Origin: an uncultured Actinomycetes bacterium
Lineage (GTDB): Bacteria; Actinomycetota; Actinomycetes; Nanopelagicales; Nanopelagicaceae
DNA length: 64,000 nucleotides
Assembly (NCBI GenBank): GCA_903928745.1
Contig: CAIYRR010000022.1
Span: 4,650 to 68,649 of the forward strand
Direction of reading: 5' to 3'
Part shown: positions 8,672 through 18,844 of the stretch, in pieces
Layout of the letters: each line of letters opens with the position of its first letter
How positions within the stretch are numbered: the first letter of the stretch is position 1
The notes under the pieces: generated by a model
Databases searched by the model: none
What the model was told of the DNA's origin: nothing
The model's input: the letters and a program-made list of their open reading frames with translations, nothing else
Position numbers and translations under genes: made by a program

Positions 8672-10660
8672 ATGACGAGAAAGAGTGCCAGACCCATGAC
8701 GAGCAATAAGAGTGGAATCTACAAGCAACATAGCAACCTCGATGTGCGCCCCCAAGATGACCTTTTTCGCCATGTGAATGGGAAGTGGCTCAAGGAGGCA
8801 CAGATCCCTGCCGACCGTGCCTCCGATGGCGAGGCCTACCGCCTTCATGATGAGGCCGAACAACAAGTCCGAGAAATCATTGAAAGCGCCGCTAAAGAAT
8901 CTGGCGATCTTGGTTCGCTCGCGCAAAAAATTGGCGACCTATACAGATCATTTATGGATGAAGCCGGAGCAGAAGCCAAGGGTGTTACTCCCATAGAAAT
9001 AGATCTTGCTCGCGCCTCATCCGTTGAAACAAAAGAGCAATTCTTAACGCTCTTAGGCGAACTCGAAATAGAAGGTCTCGGAGGCCTCTTCTATGTCTTT
9101 ATAACGAGTGATAACAAGAAGTCCGATGAAAATATCCTCTACGTCGGACAATCAGGTCTGAGCCTTCCTGATGAGGCTTATTACCGCGAAGATGAATACG
9201 TACCTATCCGAGAGGCATTTATTAGCCATGTCACTCGCATGTGTGCACTCGCCGGTATCGATGGCGGGTCAGAGCACGCGGTGAGAATTCTTAGCGTGGA
9301 GACAGAATTAGCATCCCATCATTGGGACCAGGTCAAAGATCGCGACGCCACCGAGACCTACAACAAAGTCACATTTTCCGAACTCCAAAAACTCTCTGAC
9401 GGATTTGATTGGCAGGCATGGAATAAAGGAGCACAAGTACCCGCCTTGGTCACCGAAAAAGTCATCGTTCGCCAGCCAAGTTTCTTTTCAGGTTTGGGTT
9501 CAATGCTCAACGATTTCGATGGCCCCCGTTGGAGATCGTGGTTGATGTGGCAGATTCTTAGCGGCGGCGCCTCCTACCTCAATGCAGATATTGTCAATGA
9601 AAACTTTGCCTTTTACGGGACCACCCTCTCTGGAGTCCCGCAATTGAGAGAGCGATGGAAGCGAGGCGTGCGTTTAGTCGAAGGTGCACTCGGCGAAGCA
9701 GTCGGACAGATTTATGTAGAGGCGCATTTTCCTCCAGCTGCAAAACTTGCCATGGAGAAACTCGTCGATAACCTTATTGAGGCGTACCGCGTTGATATCA
9801 CGGCGCTTGAATGGATGACTTCAGAAACGAAAGTTAAAGCACTAGAGAAACTAGATAAATTCACACCAAAAATTGGATACCCAGATAAGTGGCGTGATTA
9901 CTCGGCACTTCAAATTTCATCTGATGACCTCATCGCTAATTTAGCAGCCGTGTCTCGCTTCTCGCGCGATTATGAATTCGCGAAGATCGGCAAGCCCGTA
10001 GATAAGACTGAATGGCTAATGACTCCACAGACAGTGAATGCTTATTACAACCCCGGAATGAATGAGATTGTTTTTCCTGCTGCAATCTTGCAATCACCCT
10101 TCTTTGATTTAGATGCTGATGATGCTGCAAATTACGGCGGAATTGGCTCAGTTATCGGCCATGAAATTGGCCATGGCTTTGACGATCAAGGATCTAAGTT
10201 TGATGGCGATGGCAATCTCAATGATTGGTGGACGCAAGATGACCGCGTCGAATTTGATAAACGATCACAGAAATTGATTGCACAATTCGATGTTCTCACC
10301 CCAGAGGAGACCCCAGACTCGCATGTGAACGGCGCTCTCACTATCGGCGAAAATATCGGTGACCTTGGTGGACTCACTATTGCGCACAAGGCGTACGAGA
10401 TTTCACTTGGTGGTCAGCCTGCACCTGTGATTGATGGTGACACAGGTTTCCAAAGATTCTTCCTTGGATACGCGCAAGTCTGGCGAGGCAAAGTAAGACC
10501 AGAGGAAATTGTGCGCCGGTTGGCTACAGATCCTCATTCGCCCGATGAATTTCGATGCAATCAAATAGTGAAAAACCTCGAGGAGTTCTATCAAGCCTTT
10601 GATGTGCGCGAAGGTGATGCCTTGTGGCTTGATCCAGCCGAGCGCGTGCGAATTTGGTAG
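8672..10660 (+). CDS. pepO: M13 family zinc metallopeptidase (PepO / endothelin-converting-enzyme-like)
   Basis: HEIGHGFD zinc motif, NAYYNP and ENIGDLGG. The track ORF begins at 8555 inside MarR, so I chose ATG 8672. ATG 8696 is also possible. Confidence 0.88.
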   Translation: MTRKSARPMTSNKSGIYKQHSNLDVRPQDDLFRHVNGKWLKEAQIPADRASDGEAYRLHDEAEQQVREIIESAAKESGDLGSLAQKIGDLYRSFMDEAGAEAKGVTPIEIDLARASSVETKEQFLTLLGELEIEGLGGLFYVFITSDNKKSDENILYVGQSGLSLPDEAYYREDEYVPIREAFISHVTRMCALAGIDGGSEHAVRILSVETELASHHWDQVKDRDATETYNKVTFSELQKLSDGFDWQAWNKGAQVPALVTEKVIVRQPSFFSGLGSMLNDFDGPRWRSWLMWQILSGGASYLNADIVNENFAFYGTTLSGVPQLRERWKRGVRLVEGALGEAVGQIYVEAHFPPAAKLAMEKLVDNLIEAYRVDITALEWMTSETKVKALEKLDKFTPKIGYPDKWRDYSALQISSDDLIANLAAVSRFSRDYEFAKIGKPVDKTEWLMTPQTVNAYYNPGMNEIVFPAAILQSPFFDLDADDAANYGGIGSVIGHEIGHGFDDQGSKFDGDGNLNDWWTQDDRVEFDKRSQKLIAQFDVLTPEETPDSHVNGALTIGENIGDLGGLTIAHKAYEISLGGQPAPVIDGDTGFQRFFLGYAQVWRGKVRPEEIVRRLATDPHSPDEFRCNQIVKNLEEFYQAFDVREGDALWLDPAERVRIW

Positions 10661-10686
10661 ATACGGGAGCGCGCCACTTTGAGTAG

Positions 10687-11946
<1,260 letters not shown>

Positions 11947-11951
11947 CTCTC

Positions 11952-12605
11952 ATGAGCGAATCACATCCATCCATGCGAATCGTTGTTGCCATAACTTCGC
12001 CGACCGCGCTCCTTGAAGTAAATAAGGTGCCCAGCATCGTCAGAGCGATTAAAGGCGTTCAAGAATTCACTCACAGAATCCCGCTCACCGTTGTCGCCTC
12101 TGGAGGTTTCCTCGATGAAGCCAAATTGGCGCTCGATAGACATAATCTTTCTGCTGAATTTATCGAATGCAATCCAAGTGAGCCGCAAGAGCTCGCAGCC
12201 GGACTTAAAGACGATATCGAGAATTCAGAAGCCCTGATCATCCATGACGCAAGTCGGCCACTGACGCGCTTTGATCAGTTCACGAGGATTATTTTGGCCT
12301 ACAACAATGGCGCCGATGCAGTCCGTCCAGCAATAGTTTTTACCGAGACTCTGAAAATTATTGATGGGGATTCGGTAGTTCTAGAAACTCTTGATCGAAA
12401 TTCTGTTAAGAGAATCGCAACACCAGAACTCATCCGCTCCTCAGCGATCGACCCAAGTGGGAAAAATCAAGGGTGGTTCTTGCCGTTGAAAAAGCATTCT
12501 CGCATCGAACACATCGAAGGCGCTCCGGAGGCACTTCGAATCAATACAAAGGAAGATGGCTTACTTATGGAGTCATTCCTTCATTGGAGACAGACCAGTA
12601 GTTAA
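11952..12605 (+). CDS. IspD-like nucleotidyltransferase-fold protein with degenerate active-site motifs
   Basis: 217 aa. It keeps the IHDASRP motif and the overall IspD register. It lacks the AAGxGxR P-loop (VVAITSPTA instead), and QTPQ is replaced by ATPE. It starts 5 nt after the tgt stop. Confidence 0.65.
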   Translation: MSESHPSMRIVVAITSPTALLEVNKVPSIVRAIKGVQEFTHRIPLTVVASGGFLDEAKLALDRHNLSAEFIECNPSEPQELAAGLKDDIENSEALIIHDASRPLTRFDQFTRIILAYNNGADAVRPAIVFTETLKIIDGDSVVLETLDRNSVKRIATPELIRSSAIDPSGKNQGWFLPLKKHSRIEHIEGAPEALRINTKEDGLLMESFLHWRQTSS

Positions 12606-12917
12606 TCAGCGTCCCAAGATTGCTTTAATCTCACTCCAAATTTTCTTTGGTTGGCTCATGAACTTCTTGGGAAAACTGATCATGATGGAAAATGGTGCAC
12701 TCCAGAATCTGCGCCACAATCTGCGTGGCTTTGTGGCAATTCTGTGTTCTAAGTCTTTTAGATAGTGAAGGCGCAAATCAATTGCCTCGTGTTTGACTTG
12801 TGAATTACATGTCTGGCATGTGGTGGAAACAAGAAGGCGTCCCGCATAGACCAATGTATGAATAGTCTCGTGATCGCAATGAGAACAATGGAGTTCGGCG
12901 GTGACTTCTTCATTCAT
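12606..12917 (-). CDS. small zinc-ribbon protein (CxxC...CxxC), hypothetical
   Basis: 103 aa with CSHC and CQTC pairs 26 residues apart. Its ATG overlaps the ispD stop (ATGA). Confidence 0.6.
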   Translation of the reverse strand: MNEEVTAELHCSHCDHETIHTLVYAGRLLVSTTCQTCNSQVKHEAIDLRLHYLKDLEHRIATKPRRLWRRFWSAPFSIMISFPKKFMSQPKKIWSEIKAILGR

Positions 12918-13615
12918 TCTTTGTAGCCTCGCTTTTCTAGTACGTGCTCTGCAATAACCAAATCTTGCGGATAAGTTATTTTGACATTCGTAACTTCACC
13001 AGTCACGGCAATTGTGTGAACTTTAGGGAAATACTCCTCCATGCAGGCCGCAGTATCTGTCCCAACAAAACCATCCACTTGCGCCTTTGTATAAGCCTCC
13101 AACAGTTCTTTCGCTCGGAAAGCTTGCGGTGTTTGAACCCGGACGATTTCGCGCGGTTCTTGAATATCAATCTCAAGTGGATCAACGACAATGGCTGGAA
13201 GTGCACCTCCGTGATGATGCGCCGCCATAGCAATATCGTGAAAGAGAATGCTTGTAGCCAGCGGTCTGGCCCCATCGTGGATCATCACGACATTAATTTT
13301 TCCGCTCTGGATTGAAGGAGCTAGATGCATGAGCGCGTTGTACTCAGATTCGTGTCGAGAAGCCCCGCCCATAACGGTCTCTACTTTGATGTGGCGCGAT
13401 TCCCGACGTAAAACCTCTTTGGCGAGGATTGCATCCGATGGACTAATTACCAATATGTTTCGAGATTTTGGAAAACTCTTCACGGCATTTGCCAGAGAGC
13501 GCGAAATGATGCGCCGACCGCTTAAGGGCAACCAAACTTTGTTGGTGCTGTGGCCAAATCGGGATCCGCTTCCAGCGGCCAAGACGACCACCGCAATGCG
13601 CATCTCGCCATTCAT
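12914..13615 (-). CDS. ispD: 2-C-methyl-D-erythritol 4-phosphate cytidylyltransferase
   Basis: 233 aa with the LAAGSGSRFG P-loop, MIHDGARPL and VQTPQAF. Confidence 0.88.
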   Translation of the reverse strand: MNGEMRIAVVVLAAGSGSRFGHSTNKVWLPLSGRRIISRSLANAVKSFPKSRNILVISPSDAILAKEVLRRESRHIKVETVMGGASRHESEYNALMHLAPSIQSGKINVVMIHDGARPLATSILFHDIAMAAHHHGGALPAIVVDPLEIDIQEPREIVRVQTPQAFRAKELLEAYTKAQVDGFVGTDTAACMEEYFPKVHTIAVTGEVTNVKITYPQDLVIAEHVLEKRGYKE

Positions 13616-13650
13616 GTGCTCATTGTGTCACTCTGTGGCAGACTTGAAAT

Positions 13651-13914
13651 ATGGCAGTTTCCAAATGGCTTATGCGTAAGTCCTTCGAAGAGGCGACAGC
13701 CAAGGCTCAAGGAATAAGAGATGCCAAGCAAGCAAAGGAAGAACGTACGGGCGGGCTCTTTACTGGCGCCCAAGAAAACTTGCGCCGAGAATTAGGGCTA
13801 CATGATCGCCTTCGCCCGCATGACACCGGTCATGTGTGTTGTGACTGCGTGAGCGAGAAGCCCGTAATCAGAGCTTCTCGGCCACGATCAAGAATTGTGC
13901 TTAAGCGTAGGTAA
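13651..13914 (+). CDS. hypothetical small charged protein (doubtful)
   Basis: This is the only ORF in a 285-bp gap. It has no recognisable motif and its end overlaps the convergent gene by 14 nt. Confidence 0.25.
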   Translation: MAVSKWLMRKSFEEATAKAQGIRDAKQAKEERTGGLFTGAQENLRRELGLHDRLRPHDTGHVCCDCVSEKPVIRASRPRSRIVLKRR

Positions 13915-15190
13915 GCCCCAAGCTATCTTGTAGTCGACGCAACTGAACAATCAGACTTGATTCATCCACGGCAACTTGATCATAAGTAATCAAATCGCCG
14001 ACTTTGATTGCCTTTGTAACTACTGCATTTGCAATGAGTCCAATTGGTACAAGATTGTCGCGCTTGGCGTCTTCTGCAATATCTGCATATCCGCGAACGG
14101 TGTAGCCACCGATGCTGTCGATCTTGTCTCCTGGTTGCATATCTTTCTTAGCCATCGAAACAACCTCAGCCATGAGATGCGGTGCGAATAATGATGATTC
14201 ACGATCAAGTACCGCGCGAGCAACGGATAAAGGTGCCTCCACAGATGCCAAGTGGAAGGGACGATACAGAGCGAAATATGGTCCAGGTCCCATAGACAGG
14301 TAACTCATCTCATGGTTGATGTAAGGCGCATCTGTTCGAACGATGACGAATACACCAGGTGCAACATCTCCTGTGCAGTAATCAACGACACCTGGACGAT
14401 CAAGTACTCCACCATCTGCTTGCAATGCGAATACATCTTGAAGTGTTTTCACGGTTGCAGGTGGTCCGTACATTCCGCGCTTTGAAAGTTGCAATCCAGT
14501 TGTATTGGCAAGGGCTGCCATTTCAATCATGGTCTTTGATCCATCAGTAAATGAGCAAAGCATCTTTGGATTCATCTTCTTAGCTACTGCACGGTCTCTA
14601 ACAGTGTCAGGCGTACTCAAAGGTTCGAATGGATTGTTCTTGCCTTTACCTGCAGCGACAATTTCAAATTGTAGGTCGCGAGCAAAATCAACAAGTACCT
14701 TGGCTTCGACTGGTTCGTCTCCGTGGCACACGGTGTAAACCGCGCCGCCAAGTTTTGCAGTTGCATGAAGAAGTGGTCCGATGGTGACATCCATTTCAAC
14801 GTTAAGAACTGCAACATCTTTCTTGGCCAGCAAACATGAGTAGGCAACACGTGCGCCAATATCAGGCACACCAGTTGCTTCTACGACTAAATCAAATGGA
14901 AGTTGAGAAATGAATTCAGTAGAGGTTGTACCAGCTGCTTTTCCGGCTAATAACGCTTCGGAAATAATCTTCGGATCTGAACTGATAACAAAGTCTTTTT
15001 GTCCGATGTCATTGAAGAGACTGGTAATTCGAGCTGGATCAATATCTACAACCAGAGCAAGTTTCAATCCAGGCATGCGATCGATCTGGCAACCAAAACC
15101 ATGTCCCATCTGCCCTGCACCAACTAGAGCAACGCGAACATCGCGACCTAAAGTATTTGCATGATTTTGTAAACGCTCTGAATATGCCAT
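13901..15190 (-). CDS. NAD(P)-dependent oxidoreductase with C-terminal SAF domain (COG4091 'homoserine dehydrogenase-like')
   Basis: 429 aa with the Rossmann motif VALVGAGQMGHG. It is the last gene of the glucitol-type PTS operon. Confidence 0.8.
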   Translation of the reverse strand: MAYSERLQNHANTLGRDVRVALVGAGQMGHGFGCQIDRMPGLKLALVVDIDPARITSLFNDIGQKDFVISSDPKIISEALLAGKAAGTTSTEFISQLPFDLVVEATGVPDIGARVAYSCLLAKKDVAVLNVEMDVTIGPLLHATAKLGGAVYTVCHGDEPVEAKVLVDFARDLQFEIVAAGKGKNNPFEPLSTPDTVRDRAVAKKMNPKMLCSFTDGSKTMIEMAALANTTGLQLSKRGMYGPPATVKTLQDVFALQADGGVLDRPGVVDYCTGDVAPGVFVIVRTDAPYINHEMSYLSMGPGPYFALYRPFHLASVEAPLSVARAVLDRESSLFAPHLMAEVVSMAKKDMQPGDKIDSIGGYTVRGYADIAEDAKRDNLVPIGLIANAVVTKAIKVGDLITYDQVAVDESSLIVQLRRLQDSLGLTYA

Positions 15191-15214
15191 GTGATAAACG
15201 CTCGATTCGTTTTT

Positions 15215-15586
15215 CTAGTCTTGCGCGAATACCTGAAGTCTATCTCCCACTTTAATCATGGGCAATTCACACACTTCAATATTTACATCACCTGGCATCT
15301 CCGGTTGTGTTAATCCGTTTGCTTTTAGATCTAGATGTCCAAGATTGAGAAGATTGTCACTTGCAACATCTCCCACAGCTAAAACTGTGAAGTGATCATC
15401 ATTGATTGCAATGGTGTCACCAACAATCGGCGCACGTTTGTGATTATCAACTTTGTGCAGAATAGAAAACTCGTGAAGTTCTTCTGGTGCATTTTCTCCG
15501 AACCACACGAGTAATCCTTGTTCACGAAAATCTGCGACAAGTGCGCCAACTGCGGTAACAGTGGATGAATAAACTACTTCAGACAA
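15215..15586 (-). CDS. srlB: PTS glucitol/sorbitol-specific EIIA
   Basis: 123 aa, collinear with E. coli SrlB (same length). Confidence 0.88.
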   Translation of the reverse strand: MSEVVYSSTVTAVGALVADFREQGLLVWFGENAPEELHEFSILHKVDNHKRAPIVGDTIAINDDHFTVLAVGDVASDNLLNLGHLDLKANGLTQPEMPGDVNIEVCELPMIKVGDRLQVFAQD

Positions 15587-15591
15587 TGAAA

Positions 15592-15963
15592 TTAGATTTC
15601 GGTAATTTGTTCGGCTTTTACGCCAGATACAAATAGTTCTTTAGTGATGAACATAGCAAGTGGGCCTGCAGGGCTTGTTGCATGAATATCAACAGTTAAA
15701 ACTTTCTTCATTGGGTAGACACCAACGCGTGCAGTACCGCCGCAGTCGATTACAGCAACTGCAATCTTGTCGAATGGAACGCTGCTCTTGAAGCCATCGA
15801 ATGGGGTTCCGCCAGTGAGTTCGGCGATGCGGGCTGCAATTGGGTGAATTCCGCCACCGGTAACAGAATAAATGTATGGCTTGTCATCTGTTGGCGTAAT
15901 AACGAGCGGACCGCCCCAGCCACCACGGCCGGCTTCAATTTTGACGCTCTTAAAATCTCCCAT
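15592..15963 (-). CDS. srlE: PTS glucitol/sorbitol EIIB domain protein (N-terminal part of SrlE)
   Basis: 123 aa. GGWGGPL and AVIDCGGTARVGVYP match the E. coli SrlE N-terminus, including the phospho-Cys motif. RBS AAGGGAG. Confidence 0.85.
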   Translation of the reverse strand: MGDFKSVKIEAGRGGWGGPLVITPTDDKPYIYSVTGGGIHPIAARIAELTGGTPFDGFKSSVPFDKIAVAVIDCGGTARVGVYPMKKVLTVDIHATSPAGPLAMFITKELFVSGVKAEQITEI

Positions 15964-16032
15964 TGCAATGCTCCCTTATGTTGTGAACGCTTTTTGCGAA
16001 TCTCTGTGTAAAAAATTATATGTACTAAGTAG

Positions 16033-16062
16033 CAAGTGCGGGAGCCGAGGCTCCCGCACTTG
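16033..16062 (-). terminator. GC-rich perfect hairpin inside the PTS operon (CAAGTGCGGGAGCC GA GGCTCCCGCACTTG)
   Basis: 14-nt perfectly complementary arms in the 120-bp gap between the EIIC and EIIB genes. There is no adjacent U-tract. A minus-strand TATAAT (16020-16015) follows it. Confidence 0.45.
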
Positions 16063-16083
16063 CCGCCTTAAGTGAAAGTGCTA

Positions 16084-16632
16084 TTACTTTGATGCTGTGT
16101 ACAAGCCGAAAGAGGCAAAGTACGCAATTACGACTGAAAGTGGACCTGTGATCAAGCGGGAGAATAGAACCGCTGGAACGCCAATTTCCACTGTTTCAGG
16201 CTCGGCTTCACCAAGGGCGAGGCCAACCGGAATGAAGTCGCAACCAACCTGTGGGTTGATAGCAAACAAAGCAGGCAATGAGTACTGGGCTGGGATATTT
16301 CCCTTTCCAATTTCAACGCCAAGAAGTGTTCCAACGATTTGAGCAATTACAGCGCCTGGTCCAAGCAATGGAGACAGGATAGGAATTGCGCAAACGATAG
16401 AAATTAATAGGAGACCGCCGAGTGATGATGCGGAACCCTTGAGTGCCTTAGCAATCCAGTCACCGATACCGGTGGTAAGAATTAAACCGATGATGAACGA
16501 GATAAACGCCATAAACGGAATAACGTTGCGGATTACTGTGTCAACAGTGTCGCGACCAGCTTGGTACAAAGTACCAACTACGCCACCAACGCTGCGTCCA
16601 ACTTTTACGATTAAGTTTGTCAATCCATCCAT
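16084..16632 (-). CDS. srlE: PTS glucitol/sorbitol EIIC membrane domain (C-terminal part of SrlE)
   Basis: 182 aa. GRDTVDTVIRNVIPFMAF...LSPLLGPGAVIAQIVG...PALFAINPQVGCDFIPVGL is collinear with the E. coli SrlE C-terminal half. Confidence 0.85.
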   Translation of the reverse strand: MDGLTNLIVKVGRSVGGVVGTLYQAGRDTVDTVIRNVIPFMAFISFIIGLILTTGIGDWIAKALKGSASSLGGLLLISIVCAIPILSPLLGPGAVIAQIVGTLLGVEIGKGNIPAQYSLPALFAINPQVGCDFIPVGLALGEAEPETVEIGVPAVLFSRLITGPLSVVIAYFASFGLYTASK

Positions 16633-16635
16633 GAC

Positions 16636-17238
16636 TTAGGCCGCCTTCTCTGCTCGTGACATCATTTTGGCTGTAATAGCTTCTGTGACGATTCCGCGGA
16701 TAAAGATGACAACCAAACCGACTAGCAAGTAACGAACTGCTAGATCGCCAAGGCCATATCCCAATTGCTGGATTCCTGTTGCAATACCCACGTAGACGAA
16801 AAGCTCGCCTGGGTTTGCGTGAGGAAAGATACCCAAAATTGGGTGAACGAATGACACTGCTGAGTCATAGAACGCTGGCTTCAATCGCTCTGGTAGGAAG
16901 CGACCCATGGTGTAAGCCATTGGGTTAGTCAGCATGAAGACTGATACGAAGGGAAGGACGATGTAACGCACTGGGTACCATTGAAGACCTGGGCGAGCAG
17001 CTGCCTTGCCAAGATTTTCAATCTTCTCTGCGCCAATCAAACGTACGAGAGCATTAACTGCAGTCAAGAGAACGATCAGCGTTGGAAGAATTCCGCCCAT
17101 AAGAGAAAGCAGAACTGATCCACCTTTGTTGAAGACTTTAATAAAGTCTTCTGCGGCTGTTGCCAACGCGCCAAGAAAGCCCGTTGGTTTATCAACCGTG
17201 ACACCGGCTGCAAGTGCAACCAATCCACTAACTGTCAC
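16636..17238 (-). CDS. srlA: PTS glucitol/sorbitol EIIC component
   Basis: 200 aa. GGILPTLIVLL...NPMAYTMGRFLPERLKPAFY...FPHANPGELFVYVGIA is collinear with E. coli SrlA. Confidence 0.88.
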   Translation of the reverse strand: MTVSGLVALAAGVTVDKPTGFLGALATAAEDFIKVFNKGGSVLLSLMGGILPTLIVLLTAVNALVRLIGAEKIENLGKAAARPGLQWYPVRYIVLPFVSVFMLTNPMAYTMGRFLPERLKPAFYDSAVSFVHPILGIFPHANPGELFVYVGIATGIQQLGYGLGDLAVRYLLVGLVVIFIRGIVTEAITAKMMSRAEKAA

Positions 17239-17295
17239 TTCACCCTCCTCAAGGATAAAGGCCGCGGTTGCGGCATGTTTTCAGGTCCGGTTGTT

Positions 17296-17718
17296 CTAAT
17301 TTTCCCGGCCTGTTTTTTCTCCCTGGTCTGCACGAAAGAGATGATCCTTAATAAGTTGCGCCGACATTTCTGCCGCTTCGCGCACCTTTCTCTTGGGTTC
17401 AGCTCCGCTACCCCAGTTGCCTGAGATGACGTCGTCCAGTGAGAAACCTATGTAGTTGCTTAGTTTTTTTGAGTTGGCAAAAACTGTAAAACCTTTTAGC
17501 ACCAATCCATCTTTGATAATTCCTTCGTCATCTGCGGTAAGGGCGACAAATGCACGTCCTCCGCGATAACGCTTTCCGCCCATTCCAACAGCGGAAGTAC
17601 CTTGCATTCGCAAGCTCTTAAGATCTGCCTGAAAGCGACGGGCCTGCATAAATGCCATAAACAATTGCGAGACCCACATTGCTGCAATAACAAGCAGGAG
17701 CTTGGAAAGGTATGTCAT
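17296..17718 (-). CDS. gutM: glucitol operon activator GutM-like protein
   Basis: N-terminal TM helix plus FMQARRF, a GutM-family pattern. I chose the ATG at 17718, which overlaps the SorC stop (ATGA). The track ORF extends to 17781. Confidence 0.72.
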   Translation of the reverse strand: MTYLSKLLLVIAAMWVSQLFMAFMQARRFQADLKSLRMQGTSAVGMGGKRYRGGRAFVALTADDEGIIKDGLVLKGFTVFANSKKLSNYIGFSLDDVISGNWGSGAEPKRKVREAAEMSAQLIKDHLFRADQGEKTGREN

Positions 17719-18701
17719 GCGCTTTGTGCCTCTTTCATTAGTTTCGCTGAAGTAGCGAGCTTGAGAACTTCTCCGGCACATGCAACATCGGTAACAAGTG
17801 TGTGAACCAAACCAGCGCGAGATGCGCCTATTACGCCGAGCGCCTTCTCTTTGCCTGCGGCGATTCCGATCACATGAGGAATCGCTGATAGCTCTTCTAG
17901 GGTTATCCCAATCACGCGATTATCCATTTCGCTACTGATAGAGCGCCCATTGCTGTCATAAAAGCGGGCTGAAATGTCTCCCGCATAGGCTTTGGAGACC
18001 TTATCATTTTCGGGTTTGGTCAGATGAAAATGCCTCAGCACTTCTTCACTCGATGGCGATCCATGAGAGCCGATTCCCACAAGAGCGATATCTGCTCGAC
18101 GAGATAATTCAAGAACATCTGAAATCGATTCTTCATTCAGCAAAGTGTTTCGAGTACGGGCATTACTGACAACGGCTGGTGAGAGTAAAGGAATGAATTG
18201 GGCATTGAGATTCTGGGCCAAGGTACGCCCGAGTTCTTCAGCGCTGACAGAAGTGGCAATCGCGGACAAACCACCCATAAGTTGCGTCACTCGCAAACCA
18301 GGCAAAGTTTCACTTGCTACTTCTACAACGGTTGCTTCAACGCCTCGGCCCCATGAAATAGCAATGGTGCTGTTTGCTTTTAGCGATTTGTTGAGCGCTG
18401 CAGCAGCTGCACATCCAACGCTTGTGATTGTTGTTTCTGAACGATCTGACCCGATGACCTGAACATCTTTGATATTGAGTACTTTGCTTAATTGCGCAGA
18501 AAGACTTTCGTGACGTGTAATCGGTGCAACAATTTTGATTTGAACAAACCCTAAACGCTTTGCATCCGAGAGCATTCTCGAAACATTTGAACGCGATGTA
18601 CCAAGGACGCGTGCAACTTGATCTTGTGACTGATTCTTTTCGTAATACATGCGAGCAACACGAAGGATTAACTCCGCATCGCGCTGTTTCACTATCGTCA
18701 C
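17715..18701 (-). CDS. SorC/DeoR-type sugar-binding transcriptional regulator
   Basis: 328 aa. N-terminal HTH (RVARMYYEKNQSQDQVARVLGTSRSNVSRML) plus a sugar-binding domain. Confidence 0.88.
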   Translation of the reverse strand: MTIVKQRDAELILRVARMYYEKNQSQDQVARVLGTSRSNVSRMLSDAKRLGFVQIKIVAPITRHESLSAQLSKVLNIKDVQVIGSDRSETTITSVGCAAAAALNKSLKANSTIAISWGRGVEATVVEVASETLPGLRVTQLMGGLSAIATSVSAEELGRTLAQNLNAQFIPLLSPAVVSNARTRNTLLNEESISDVLELSRRADIALVGIGSHGSPSSEEVLRHFHLTKPENDKVSKAYAGDISARFYDSNGRSISSEMDNRVIGITLEELSAIPHVIGIAAGKEKALGVIGASRAGLVHTLVTDVACAGEVLKLATSAKLMKEAQSA

Positions 18702-18844
18702 ATCCGTTCAGTAGGTGAACATTGGGCTTAGTGTCCTACCCCACACCTCAATGTGCAAGCATTTAAGTGAAACTCGCAACAATTATTTTTCCCACTTGCT
18801 TTCGCGTTTACGCCGCGAATATAAGTTACTGGCCAGTCTTTTTC

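Noticed and set aside
18702-18844. A possible terminator/attenuator (TTCGCG-GCGTAAA-CGCGAA) between ptsI and the SorC regulator gene.
   Set aside because: It is only a 6-bp stem with no U-tract. That is not enough to call a feature, so operon continuity here is left open.
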